DNA from: Phoronis australis
Taxonomy: Eukaryota > Animalia > Phoronida
Length of the DNA stretch: 64,000 nt
NCBI GenBank assembly: GCA_002633005.1
Contig: NMRA01000080.1
Span: 463,291 to 527,290, forward strand
Reading direction: 5' to 3'
Of the stretch, positions 27,701 to 39,700 are shown one piece after another. Numbering within the stretch: the stretch's first letter is position 1; every line of letters starts with the position of its first letter. The translations under genes and the position numbers were made by a program. Below the pieces are notes generated by a model. It saw only the letters and a list, made by a program, of their open reading frames with translations, was not told where the DNA came from and did not search any database.

Positions 27701-30700
27701 CGCTGTTTGTGTTGTTCGCTTGTTGTGTACGTGAGGTCATTGGAGTCCTGCAAGGTGATGTTCACCTCTGATGTTACGGTGACCAACATTGTCTACAATG
27801 CTTGCTGCTCCTCTGTCATCTTACTGCCATGAGTCAAGCCGCCTGTAGTAATTTTTCTCAATGGATAGATCACAGCTGAGGCCTACCCAAAACTGTTTTT
27901 GTTCGCCGAATCATACGAAAGCCCTTTTTGAAACTTCGCATACACATCTAGGTGTTTGCTCTCCATATCAGCCATTTCTTGTATGTAGAGGTACGCAGAT
28001 TTCAGGTAGTTGTGGTGTCCAGCTGCAGCAAATATTGGCAAGGCATCACCAACAGCTGGCAAGTGATCATCCAAGACCGAGTGTGATCTGCCTTGATCAT
28101 TGCCTGAGCAGTATGGAACATTTTCAGACCAGCCACAGACTTCTCAAGATTGTTGATGATCTGCACAATTGCGGTTGATTGTGGGGCACTTCATACAGAT
28201 GTTGACATTTTGCCTTGGGCTTCTAGTTTCGTTGTGTGTTTTTTTAAATAAAAACTAGTGGCAAGCAGATATACACTAGACAATTTTTGTTACTTTTATG
28301 CAAGCCAATGCTTTGGATTAAATATTAAATATTAATCCCATGTTCATATTTTAAAGTAGGTCAGTCAGAAATCAGCCAAATCTAAATGTTTTAAGATCAT
28401 TCAATCAGAAACCAGTCATATCTAATCATACTTCCGTTATAATTGATGAAGTGAAAATCACTGATTTCTGTTCTTGAATTTTAGTCTCCATCCTGAATTT
28501 CATATCAAATACTAATAACAGCTTATTATTTAAAATGACTTATTCTTATTAAAATGACATAGGCATGTCATTTTAATAAAAATAAGTCATTTTAAAGAAT
28601 AAGCTGTTTAATCATATCTTAGTTTTAACCACACCAGCGAGTTGCTCACCCCTTAAAACCATAGACTAGAACCAAAAATTATGTCTCTGTCTCAATAATT
28701 GAAGAAGTTATATGTATTTTGGTGATTTTGAAACGTCGTGGCGGCCATCTTGGAAATGACGCAGTTTTAACCCATTTCCGGTGGTCAGATTTTGGTAGAC
28801 TTTTTGTCCTGTTAATAGTAGTGCATAAAACCTACTTAACCAGTGCTTCACTTTTTTGACGTTTAATATACTGACTTCACTATAAAACGAATGTATATAT
28901 GTGAGACGTCTTTTCAAGCTATGATGAGCTCTACTTGAGCGGTCTGAAAAATGTCTGACTTCAAAGTAAGAAAAAGCAAGAATGAAGCGGTTTGTTAATC
29001 CAAGTATAAAACTTATGAGCTTCATTGCAACCACTGTAACTATAGAAAATATCAAGAGTTCACTGGCCTTATTTCACGACTTAGTGTTTGTGGTGCGTCT
29101 CAAAAGTAAATCAAAACAACAAGAGTATCTCTTGTGTGAAAGAGGATGTCCGAATGTAATAGTCATGTTACCGAACCAGCGCTCAATTAACTCTGATTAC
29201 TCAGTTTGGGCTTGGAAGAGGTAAGTGGTCCGCATAAAGGCTGGGAATTTTGCTGATAGTTAGTGTAAATCACGGGTGTCATTCACACGGCCTTTTTGAA
29301 ACTGACATGCAGGGTCAATGAAAGCAGTTATTTGTGAAGTTAACCCTTCTCTTAGTCACAGAACTGTCCCAGTTGGACTGTGCAACTAAATACAGCTTAT
29401 CAAAGGGATTATGATCCTGGTTGAGAATATAATTTTAGTACCCCTATGAATTCTGAATAACCGAGCCCAGAATGTTCTAAAACAAATGTTTTTGCCTTTT
29501 TCATCATTCGGGTTTCATAGTATTTACTATTTAGTTATTCAATGTATTTTCACAGCTTCAGTTTGAGTCTGACAAGTACTTCGAGAATGTTCTTGAAAAC
29601 CTTTCCGAAAATTCAAAAAGAGGTCTGCTGTCGCTTAGAAAACCGGTAGACAAAACAACGTAAGTACGGGAACGTTAATTTGTACCTTGAACATTTCAGT
29701 CACTAAGAACCATTTGTTTATGTTCGAAAAGTTGTTTGATGAAATATAAAACTTCTAGTTGTTCTGTATTTGAACATGACTTGAAATGGAAAACCAAGTA
29801 AAAAACTATTTAATTACAGGTGGTCTACCTACCCACAGGTTGTGAACGCGTTCTACAGTCAAAGCAAGAACATGATAAGTAAGGCTAATGATGATAAGTG
29901 GAACAGTTTTCGAATAAAATGACGCCAAACGAATTTTTGTGCATGAAAATTGGTTTAATTCACCATGTAAAATAAACTTTCTCATTCGAGTTCGATCTTC
30001 TATTCCAGTGTTTCCTGCCGGAATACTGCAACCACCATTCTACAAGAAAACTAATCTTAAGTAAGTTTAACTATGAAAGGGATCTCACATAAAATAAGTG
30101 TGACTTTCCAGCTTAAAATGCCAAATCACTTATTTTTGCAGCAGTCGTATAATTATGTCAAATCGGACTGGGTAAACTGGTGTTATGCGTTATGATCATT
30201 CGGAATCAAAAGTCGTCATTTGAGATAAGCACGTCCAGCTCTGGCTGGTACTAAAAATTGATTGACTCTTCAGATTTCTGTCCAATGGTTGTGTTCTATT
30301 TTTGGATCTTGATCATCGGACCCAACGAGGTGTGAATGGATAACGTGACGTACCAACAATGCCATTCATTGAGACGAACTCGAACGTTCTCGTCCCAGAA
30401 TATAATGTCACCGTAATCTCTGTTGGAGACATTTCAAAACATCCAGCCAATCAAAATTACCAAATGTCATCTGGGTAAAATCCATGAATCCAGTCACGAC
30501 GACACGACAAATTGACCACTCCACGACAGTCAGTCCCAGAAGACGTATTCGTGCATATAGCAGATTAAATTTCCTGATTACTGTTACAGGGCTCTGAATT
30601 ATGGCGGCATAGGCATGGTGATCGGACATGAGATTACACACGGATTTGATGACAGAGGTAGGTGAAGGAAGGCAAATAGTAATTAAAGCAAAATTGAAAA

Positions 30701-33700
30701 TGTATGTAATCAGCCATATTGTCATCACTGAAGAAAAAGTAGCCGTATGAATGCATCGCGGAATATCGATGAAGATTATCACTCATCACGTGGCGAAGTA
30801 TGGTACGAAAACATTGTGATTCTTTCCTGGACTTAATTTGATAATTGAAAGCAACGCTGATTTCGTACTTTCGGCGGCGACTTTTTTCATGCTGTTGCGA
30901 CACCTGGTGGCGTGTTCGCTAGAGAGGTAAGCGGCGATATTTGAACATTTTAAAAACTCATTACTTGGTCCCACGCATGCGATACGTTGAATCCCAGTCT
31001 ACCTCTTCTGTTCAAGGACGTATGTTCGATTCTTCGCGCTCCTTCTCACCATGTTCAAACCAACAATTAGGCTATTGATTGTGTTCATGAATCAAAACCT
31101 CTATAAAACCTGCAGGCACATTGAGACAAAAAGCTTGAGCATGATGACAAAAAAGAAAAAAAAATGTGCTTGGCGAGTGTCCAGAAACTTACATGTAGAG
31201 GTGAAACCAATCAGTTTAACTGTATCAAAGGACGGCCGTCTCAACCGCTGACCCTCCTATGTGACGGTGATAAGCTTTACATGTACCTGTCAATTATAAT
31301 CACCTAGTGTGAGAATTGTGTCAGTATTTTGGTTTAGATGATGTGATAATTCCAGACCGCCGGCGGGAAAATTGGTTTGAAATTGTTCTGGATGGGTGTT
31401 TTGGAATGAAAGCATCAAACAGCTGCCTTTAAACAGGATATGTTGGCTGAGAATCAACCTTGGCTACCCCATACGTGGGGCCGGATATTGTTCAAATCAC
31501 GCCGTTTGTCTCACAAGCGACACACGCCATCAAGTGTCGCTATAAAGTGAAAGATTCGAAAGTGAGGACCAACAAAACGTTGCTATGTGTTCTTAAATAA
31601 ATATAGTAAAGCATTGACATTTTCCGAATTTTACCACGAAATTCAGAAAAATTTGCAGTTGGAGAAAAGTCAGTAAAAGGTCGACTGAAATGAACTAATC
31701 AACTATATTTATGGTGACGCAACTTGCCAGTATTATTGTGTTGACATTACAACATTCATTGTATCGCTATATTTCGTGATGAACGTGGATTACCCACAGC
31801 ATTTTTTCAATCTCTCATTAGATTCGATTGATTGGCAGGTCATAAAGCTTCAATGGTAAGTATTCTGCCTGTATCTGGTAAGCCTGTCTCATTACATCGT
31901 CATTACTGTGTTGGAAATTCGTGTGTAGCACATCACTGATAGTTGTAGGCCTATATACAGATGTTCTTCATATGTATAACACAGGGCGACAATACAACAA
32001 GGACGGCAACCTGGTTGAGTGGTGGACACCAGAGGTTGTGTCAGGGTTCAAGAAAAAAGCGCAATGTATCGTCGAACAATATGGCAATTACACAGTGGAG
32101 GAAATCGGAATGAAGGTAAGTTGACTATATGCTTTGATATCAAGACTTTTGTTTCTGGAAGGTAATTGTTAATAAAAGCGAGTTTGGCTTTCATAAGTAA
32201 TAGTTCGGGAAACGTGATTCTCTTATGGTTCTGAAATTCTCTATCAACTAGATAGAATAGTGGGAATTGGTTTTGATGTGGGGAAATTATGTTAAAAATG
32301 TATTTGCATGCTCCTAACTATGCTACTCGCTGGTTCCCTGCGTGTCGCTAGGTGGTAACCAGCACGCAGGTATCATTTAATTTTCCTCCGGATTTTTTTT
32401 TACACCGGCGTTTCTGATTGGCTGGTCGAATTCACAGCAGGTAGCGCTTTACGCAAACAAACTGGCATAACTTATGTAGGAAATGGAAATGTGGTCTGTT
32501 GTACAGATATAGCGGTGTTTAAAATTAATGTTCAAGAAATGCGAATACCGGAATGATTGTGGTTCTGTCTTTTTGGAGTGCATCTTTCTACTGTCGCCGA
32601 CTTTTGTTCACGTTGCTGTCCTGTATTCATACAGTATGAAGTAACACACCGGTTAAACCGGCCAGATATGTGTTTACTGTACATGTATTACTCTAGAAAC
32701 AAAATAGTTGTTGCTACGCCACTTGCATGACAAGGCTAAAAATCGTTCATAGGCAGCCATCACTTTGTTGTAAAGCTAACCAATGACAGCCGAGGTTACA
32801 TGAACTAATGATAAAGCGCGTGCTACTGCGTGATACCTGCGTAGCGCACATCATGCAGTATTATCCCTCAACACTACGTCTCGAGTGATTTACAGCGGAT
32901 CACTTTGTACACACACGCTTTGACTATTGCCAAGTTCGAGATTAGCTTTACGTTCCGTTGCTGCCCCCTCATGTGACCAGAATAGCGCTGAAAATGCCAA
33001 TGACAGATAAGGAGGCACAGAACAGTTCTCACAAGGGTTTGCCTATCAGAACACACGTCAATGGACTCTTCACCCTTTCTTCACTCTCATTCTGTCAAAA
33101 ACTGTATGCAAATAAAGAAAAGTTATGAGTCATTTCACATCACAAGCCCTACAGATGAGCACAGAAACTTTATTCTTTCTTGTATTTTTGACCCTTTCAC
33201 TCCCACTGGCAACCTATCTAGACTAAGAAAAATAGGGACGAAAAATGCAAAATCGGCACTTTTCACCCCAAAACCACCACTTCGCCTGCCGATGCTCGAC
33301 TAAAGCCAACAAAAAATGTGGTCTAAAAGTACTGTCAACCAACTAGCTTTGTTTGCAAACCTGGCTTGTTTGAGGGCTACCTGAAATCGCGGCCAATTTC
33401 TCAGTTGCTACACAGCAATGCACAAATACAACAGGGGGCCACCGTCTTGAAGAAGAGTCAGTGCAGCTACAGCCGAGCAAGTACGTGACCTTTTTTATGA
33501 TCAGCATATTCACAAACACAAACAAACCACATTCACTGAGCTTACATGCAATGCCTACATACAAAATGCCCCCAAGCTTGGCCTACCCCAAAACTTTAAT
33601 ATTTTGGGAGCGCAAGTTGGCCGCGGCCTCAGCCTAACTGTTCAGTGCGACCTCAGCGTGAATTTACAGGGTGGACGCCACTGCACATTCAATATTGATG

Positions 33701-36700
33701 TTCACAACAGGAATGGGGTCACAAACATTTCCATCGGACAAGAGAGTGATGATCTTCTACTTCGCCTGAATAGCGCTTAGCAAATGACTTACATTACGGG
33801 GTTCCAGTCGGTGGCGCATAAAACACCAATCACTTCGTGACCATCATCAATCCAGCGTATTCATAGCTGTTAAATCATATCCATGGATTGGCCTCTCCTG
33901 CCCTTTGAACAATCCATCTGCAGTGGCAGATCTACGTTTTCAGTAAGGGAGGGGGGGGTTAGGATTCGAGTGAATCTGAAGCGCGTAGCGCCCAGCGGAA
34001 GGAAGGTCGGGAGGGCGTTTGGCGGGAGGGGGTTTTTCCCCCTCCCGTGTAACATTTTCTATGTTTTTTAGTTGTTGCTTTCATTTTTCTGGCAAAAATT
34101 TTTTCAATTTTTATTTTTGATCCTGTCCCGACGGGGGGGAGTTGAGCTCCCTGAACCCCCCCTGTAGATCCGCCTCTGATCTGCACTTGTTTCACCAATT
34201 TTTCGTTCGGCACTTGCTTTACGAAACGCTGCACAGATCGTTTAGTTTCTGCCATCTACGAGATCACGCGATAAGCTATACCTTTAGCCCCTCCCAGTGG
34301 TTAGATATTAACAAATATAAGCTAAGACCAAGTATGTCGTTTTGTTTCCCATGTAACTTTTCATCACTACTCAGTTGCATTTGATCAACGACATTTTTGT
34401 AGATGAACGGCGTAAACACACAAGGAGAAAATATTGCCGATAACGGTGGCATAAAACAGTCCTTCAAGGTAAGCTCAACAGTGTCGTCAAATGATTGTAC
34501 TCGTTGCGCTCATAGAGAGCAAGCATCATGTCAGAGTCAAGACCCGCAATGACATATGGATTGGGGTTTTCAAATGATTGAGTGCCAAATAGAGTTTTCA
34601 TTTTTCTACACATTTGGCTCAGTACACAGATTTGATACTAAGCCGCCCCAGAGCACTGATACATTGAACATTTATTCAAATACCACGTAACAAATGTATT
34701 CTGCATGTACGTACCCCGGCAGTAGCTACATGGCACAACCAAGTCTAGTTATTCCTGATACAAATACAAGTAGATTCAAAGATGATAGTTGCAGCGATGA
34801 CATTGGGATAAAAATATTACATTTTGCCGTGTGATTGATTCGATACGCTGTCACGTACGCATCCGTTGTCGATGCCATTAACAGTAATTTACTTACCAGG
34901 CGTACAGAGAGTGGGTGGCGAAACAAGGACGAGAGGAGCAAAGGTTACCCGGCATGCAACAGTACACGCCCAACCAACTATTCTTCCTCAATTTTGCACA
35001 GGTGAGTCACCGTTTGAATGTCCCAAAAAGAAAAGCGAATCATACACGTTGTTTATTATTGCTTTTCTGGGTCTGTTGTAGATCTGTTGTTTGCGATTTG
35101 AATATATTCATTTTCAGAGTCTCGAAGTCCATAGTATAGCACTGGAATAAACTGCAGGCATAATTTATCCCGAAACAACTATTTCTCATCAAAACTTGTC
35201 AAACCAAAGGTCTCACTTTCGATCATGTTTGCCAAAGGTATACTAAAACTCATTACCGTAGGTATGCGCGTATTTAGGCCCGTGCGCCCATATCCAAAAT
35301 AATGTTTCTGTTCAAAATAAAATCATTACATAGACTCGTGTGCTTGTGCTTTACTTCCATGAGAGGCGGTCGTACTTGACATAAGGGTATATATTAAACA
35401 CGGGGGTTTAGTTGAGTTATTCGTCCATTAGGGGCCTACTGGTATTTTGCTTTTCATTAGTTAAACCTGCATTACACCCTGTTTAGCTGGCTAAAAATGA
35501 AATTAAGTCTTTTACTCTTATCAAATCGGTCTCGTAATAATCCTTGTGGCGATAGGGTTCCATTTCTGTTACCAACTCATGTCATAGCCAATGCATACAT
35601 GCGCTATTTTGGCCGACGTCTATAGTAGGCAACTCATCCGCTAACAATATTTGCACCCAAGTGAACGAGAATGAATGCATCGTTCACCCCCACTGTCTCC
35701 AGCAAAGTTTTCAGCACGTCAAAGGCTTGATGGAGCCGACACAGATTCAAGTGATCTTGTCGCTATTCATAGGGTTCGCCAAATGTGTAGTGGGAGATAA
35801 TTGCTGTCGTAACAACGGCGTCTATTAAGCGTGCGAGTTTCAAAGTAAAAAAAACAAAAAGATAAATTAGGCACACGATCAACATGTCTGCTTTTAAAAA
35901 GTAAATATTAGCAGTCTTCGAATTTTTAAAATCGGTGCATTTTTATAGAAGTTAGCGAATAGATTTTATTCAGGAGTGCGGTTGAACCACACCCATAAAT
36001 TACATTTCATGAAAGAACCTGTAAGTCACAGTCTAGCGTATAGCGTTGGGGTGATAAAGGCCAAGTGTTAGCGTACGAGATGCCTCATGATAAACTGAAG
36101 CTTTTTCAGTAGCAATGGTTTCGATCTCCTGCTTGTTAGTTACGGAAACAGAATCCTCACGGCAGGGAATTTTGACAACCGATTTCGCAAGTCACAAAAG
36201 ATCTAATTCGATTTTCTCTTTTTTGCCAGCTAATGCAGCTTTAATGTAAAACACGTTAACTATATCTATCGTTTCGTAATCAATAAGCCAATCTTCGCTC
36301 ATATGTTTTAAATTTAGCTCCTTGGTTTTACCGTTTCAGTCACATATTAGCCAGTGCGCTTAATTCGACCGGGCGTTAGCGCAGCTTCACATCTAGGCGC
36401 ATGCGGACCAACTGAAATTGGCGAATATGCGTTGATAATACGTAAAACATTGGTTTGAACTGAAACGCACAACGCGAGTCGGTCCTCCACTGAGTAATGT
36501 TTGTATTCTGACGGGTTATCGGGTTTACCGCATTGTACTACTCATTACTAGATATGGTGTGGCAAGTCTCGACCCCAGAGACTGTTCCACAAAATAAAGA
36601 TTGAGGCTCATTCGCCAACAAAATTCAGGTATTAAGAGTCTTTTGGAGTATCTGGAACATCCCAGGCATTTTCGTAGCCTCAAATTATCCGGCAGAGGTG

Positions 36701-39700
36701 TTTCACATCTGCTCATGTGCTAACTTCAATCATTACTGCAAGTCATGTGACTCAAGACAGTGAACGTAGCCGGGATACCCTTCTGACGAACAACAGGCTG
36801 ATATCAAGCAAGAGAAGGCAGGTTAAGTATTGGGCGGATAATGAATTTTAAGACCTGCTGTGCTGAAGCCGTGATTTTAGCCGTCTCTACTTGACGACGA
36901 CTGATTTTTGCAATAACAATCGAAATTCGCTCACGCGCAAATATGAAACACCCCCGAAGGACAACTTGAGGCTACGAAAATACCTGAGGTGTTCCCGATG
37001 TTTTGGAGCATGCGAAAAAATGAGGTTGCACTGTGATCGTGAAACATGCATCGCACATTTTCTATGAAAATGCCCAATTTGACATGTACGCGTCGTACTC
37101 AGAGCCTGTTGACTTTTGAAAACTAGCGCTATGGCAAAGATCATCGCTCGATGTTGCCAATAAAAATTGCATGGTGGCTTCGTCATTCATTGCAAATGAG
37201 AACTGGGGCAGCATGCGGAGTCCAGAATGTTGCAAGCACTACGGCCACTGAATATCTTGTAGGCCTTCGCAGAGCGCACTTCGCGTCACGATAGAGTCTG
37301 TGTGTTAACTAGTTTCTGTTTCTCTTGTTAGAGTTATTGTGGAACCTCAAAACCGCAGTATAAGACAAAATCCATACTTTGGTCAAGACATACCATTGAT
37401 TACCTAAGGTTGAGTATTTTTGTAGTTCGCGTTTTGTTTTTTTGTTTAATTGTTTTCATGTGAAACCTGTCGGAATGTTATTATTATTTCAACTATCAAC
37501 CGTCAGCTTTCAATGTCGTTTTATTGCCTCGGTTGCTTTTTGTTACTTACAATTAACTAATTATCGAACGTACGGCAACTTGAATGTTCCCGTGCTTCTG
37601 TGTGTTGCTATTTCAAGAGTAGAAACAAATCCATGGTCGCGCCTCTGAATTCTAGTTACGATCTCCTAAACTAAAGTACCGAAACCCGCAGTACAAATCC
37701 CAGCCCCGCGTCCCTAAATTCCACCCTCGACTTGTGACTAGTCTCTGGGCCTGGAGTGTGGCCGTAAGAACCATATTCGGCGCACGTGCATGCGGAATTC
37801 GGGGTGGCAGGTCTAGTGGGATTTGTGCAGCGGGATTGGTGTTTTCTGATCCAGGACAGGGGTTTAGGAGATCGTGGCTGAAATTTAGAGTGGCCATGGA
37901 ATCGTTTCCATCCCCTGCATTTAGGCACCACGGTTTAGGTCTTACTTAAACTTATCGAACTGATGCAGGTAGCATGGCTATACATTTTGCTTTTACGAGT
38001 TGATAGATTTAGCTTCATTGATAATGAATTCTTGTTATTTTGAAATTGTCCCAGCGCTAACAACTTTCGAATGTGAGTAACGCCTGACAATTTTATTTCT
38101 AGTGCGTTAAAATAATTTGAGAGTACATTTAATTGTTATATCATTACAAAATACAGCAAACCAAGGGCACACAACTAAACCACATTAAACACGTGCTTTC
38201 GGTCAAGACTACTTATCGTTAGGAAACAGCTTGGGTTTTTGACAAGGAACTTGTTTACTACTGCGTCAAGTAATCTGTAACACTTTTTCACGAACGCTAA
38301 CATTGCCAATTTGGCAGTTTGGAATTCTTGAAACGAAAAAGTTTGTTCTGGTGCCCAGGATTAATTACATATATGGTTATTCAGAAAAATATGATGACTA
38401 ATAAAGTCCAGAAGTTGCCTGCCTGTCCCTCGCTGACCTTCAAACCCAATGCTTTGGGTCAACCAAATCTCTTGATTCCTGAACACTAAATCAGTGCCCA
38501 GTGTTCGAAGCTGTGGATGTGATTTATGGATGCGGTTTTATCGCCTAAGATGTCAACTCTTCAGTTTCCTAGTTTGAGTAGGTAGCAGATTTTCACCAAG
38601 TTGTTCATGTCCGCATATCCTTGCCAATAGCTCAATTATCCTATTAACGCCGTTGCTTGAGCCCCCAGGGACCTAACCTGCATGTTATTTCAGATATGGT
38701 GCGGTTCAATGAGGCCTGCCTACGCTTTGACACGCATAAGAACGGGTGTGCATAGTCCTAACGAGTTCAGGTAAACTAGACTTTGTAGCTGATCAGGGCT
38801 GCGTTCCGCAAATTTAATTTCTTGCGAGTTTGGCGAGATCACGCAAGTCGCTGCGAGTTACCGCCATGCATAAGCGACGCACGAGATCTCTATCTTTCGC
38901 TCCTGAGAACTTTTTCGAGTAATTTCAAAACGGGTCCCAGTTTACTTCAGACATCTCAGACGCACAGGTAAGTTGCCACTGATATGTGACCTCGAAATAG
39001 TAACGATCAATTATATTATCCCGAAGTCAGGCTCATTGGATTCGAGCTCTCAAAATCGGCACATGGACGACCGGTTTCCCCGTGCGACTACGACGTTAAG
39101 TTCAAATAGGCGCCAGGTGCGTATCCAGGGAGGGCGCTGGGCTACTGTTGTATTGCTGTATTGATGGAGTGTCGCAACTTTTCAATATCCCTAGTCATGG
39201 TGATTCTGGATCCGCGACTGCGCTTCAGCCACCAGTTTGAACCACTCCGATCAGTGGAAGTCGACTAAGTAGTGATTTGGTATTTAAGTGGTGATCAATG
39301 ACACGCTGCATGCACAAGCTTTTTGGTAATCATTTAGGGGTGTCCTGGATTTTGAGAGCAACAAACTGGTTACAAAATCCGGGACCCTTCTAAATGCCTA
39401 CAATTGCTAACGGTTTGACGATGAACCGTTTGTGTCTTGCAGCACTGTTTTCAATTCGTTCGTGAAACTGCATGCGGAAGTCTATATGATCGGCATCCTA
39501 GTATGAGTTGGGTACTTGTATTGGTAATTAATGTACTAGGAACATTCCCGATGTGTTTCAAAAACTTGAGTCTAAATATGTTCACAAAACATAGCCTTAG
39601 ACATGGGCTGCGCAGCATAGGGGGTTGGGGGGGGGGCTGTAACCCCCCACTTTTTCAGTGCTATGCTGCACATGGTCTATAGGCGATGCACCACAGGGGG

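Noticed and set aside
31822-31855. Small AG..GTAAGT exon candidate after the HExxH exon
   Set aside because: About 34 nt, frame-breaking, and no M13 similarity; cannot be supported without RNA data.
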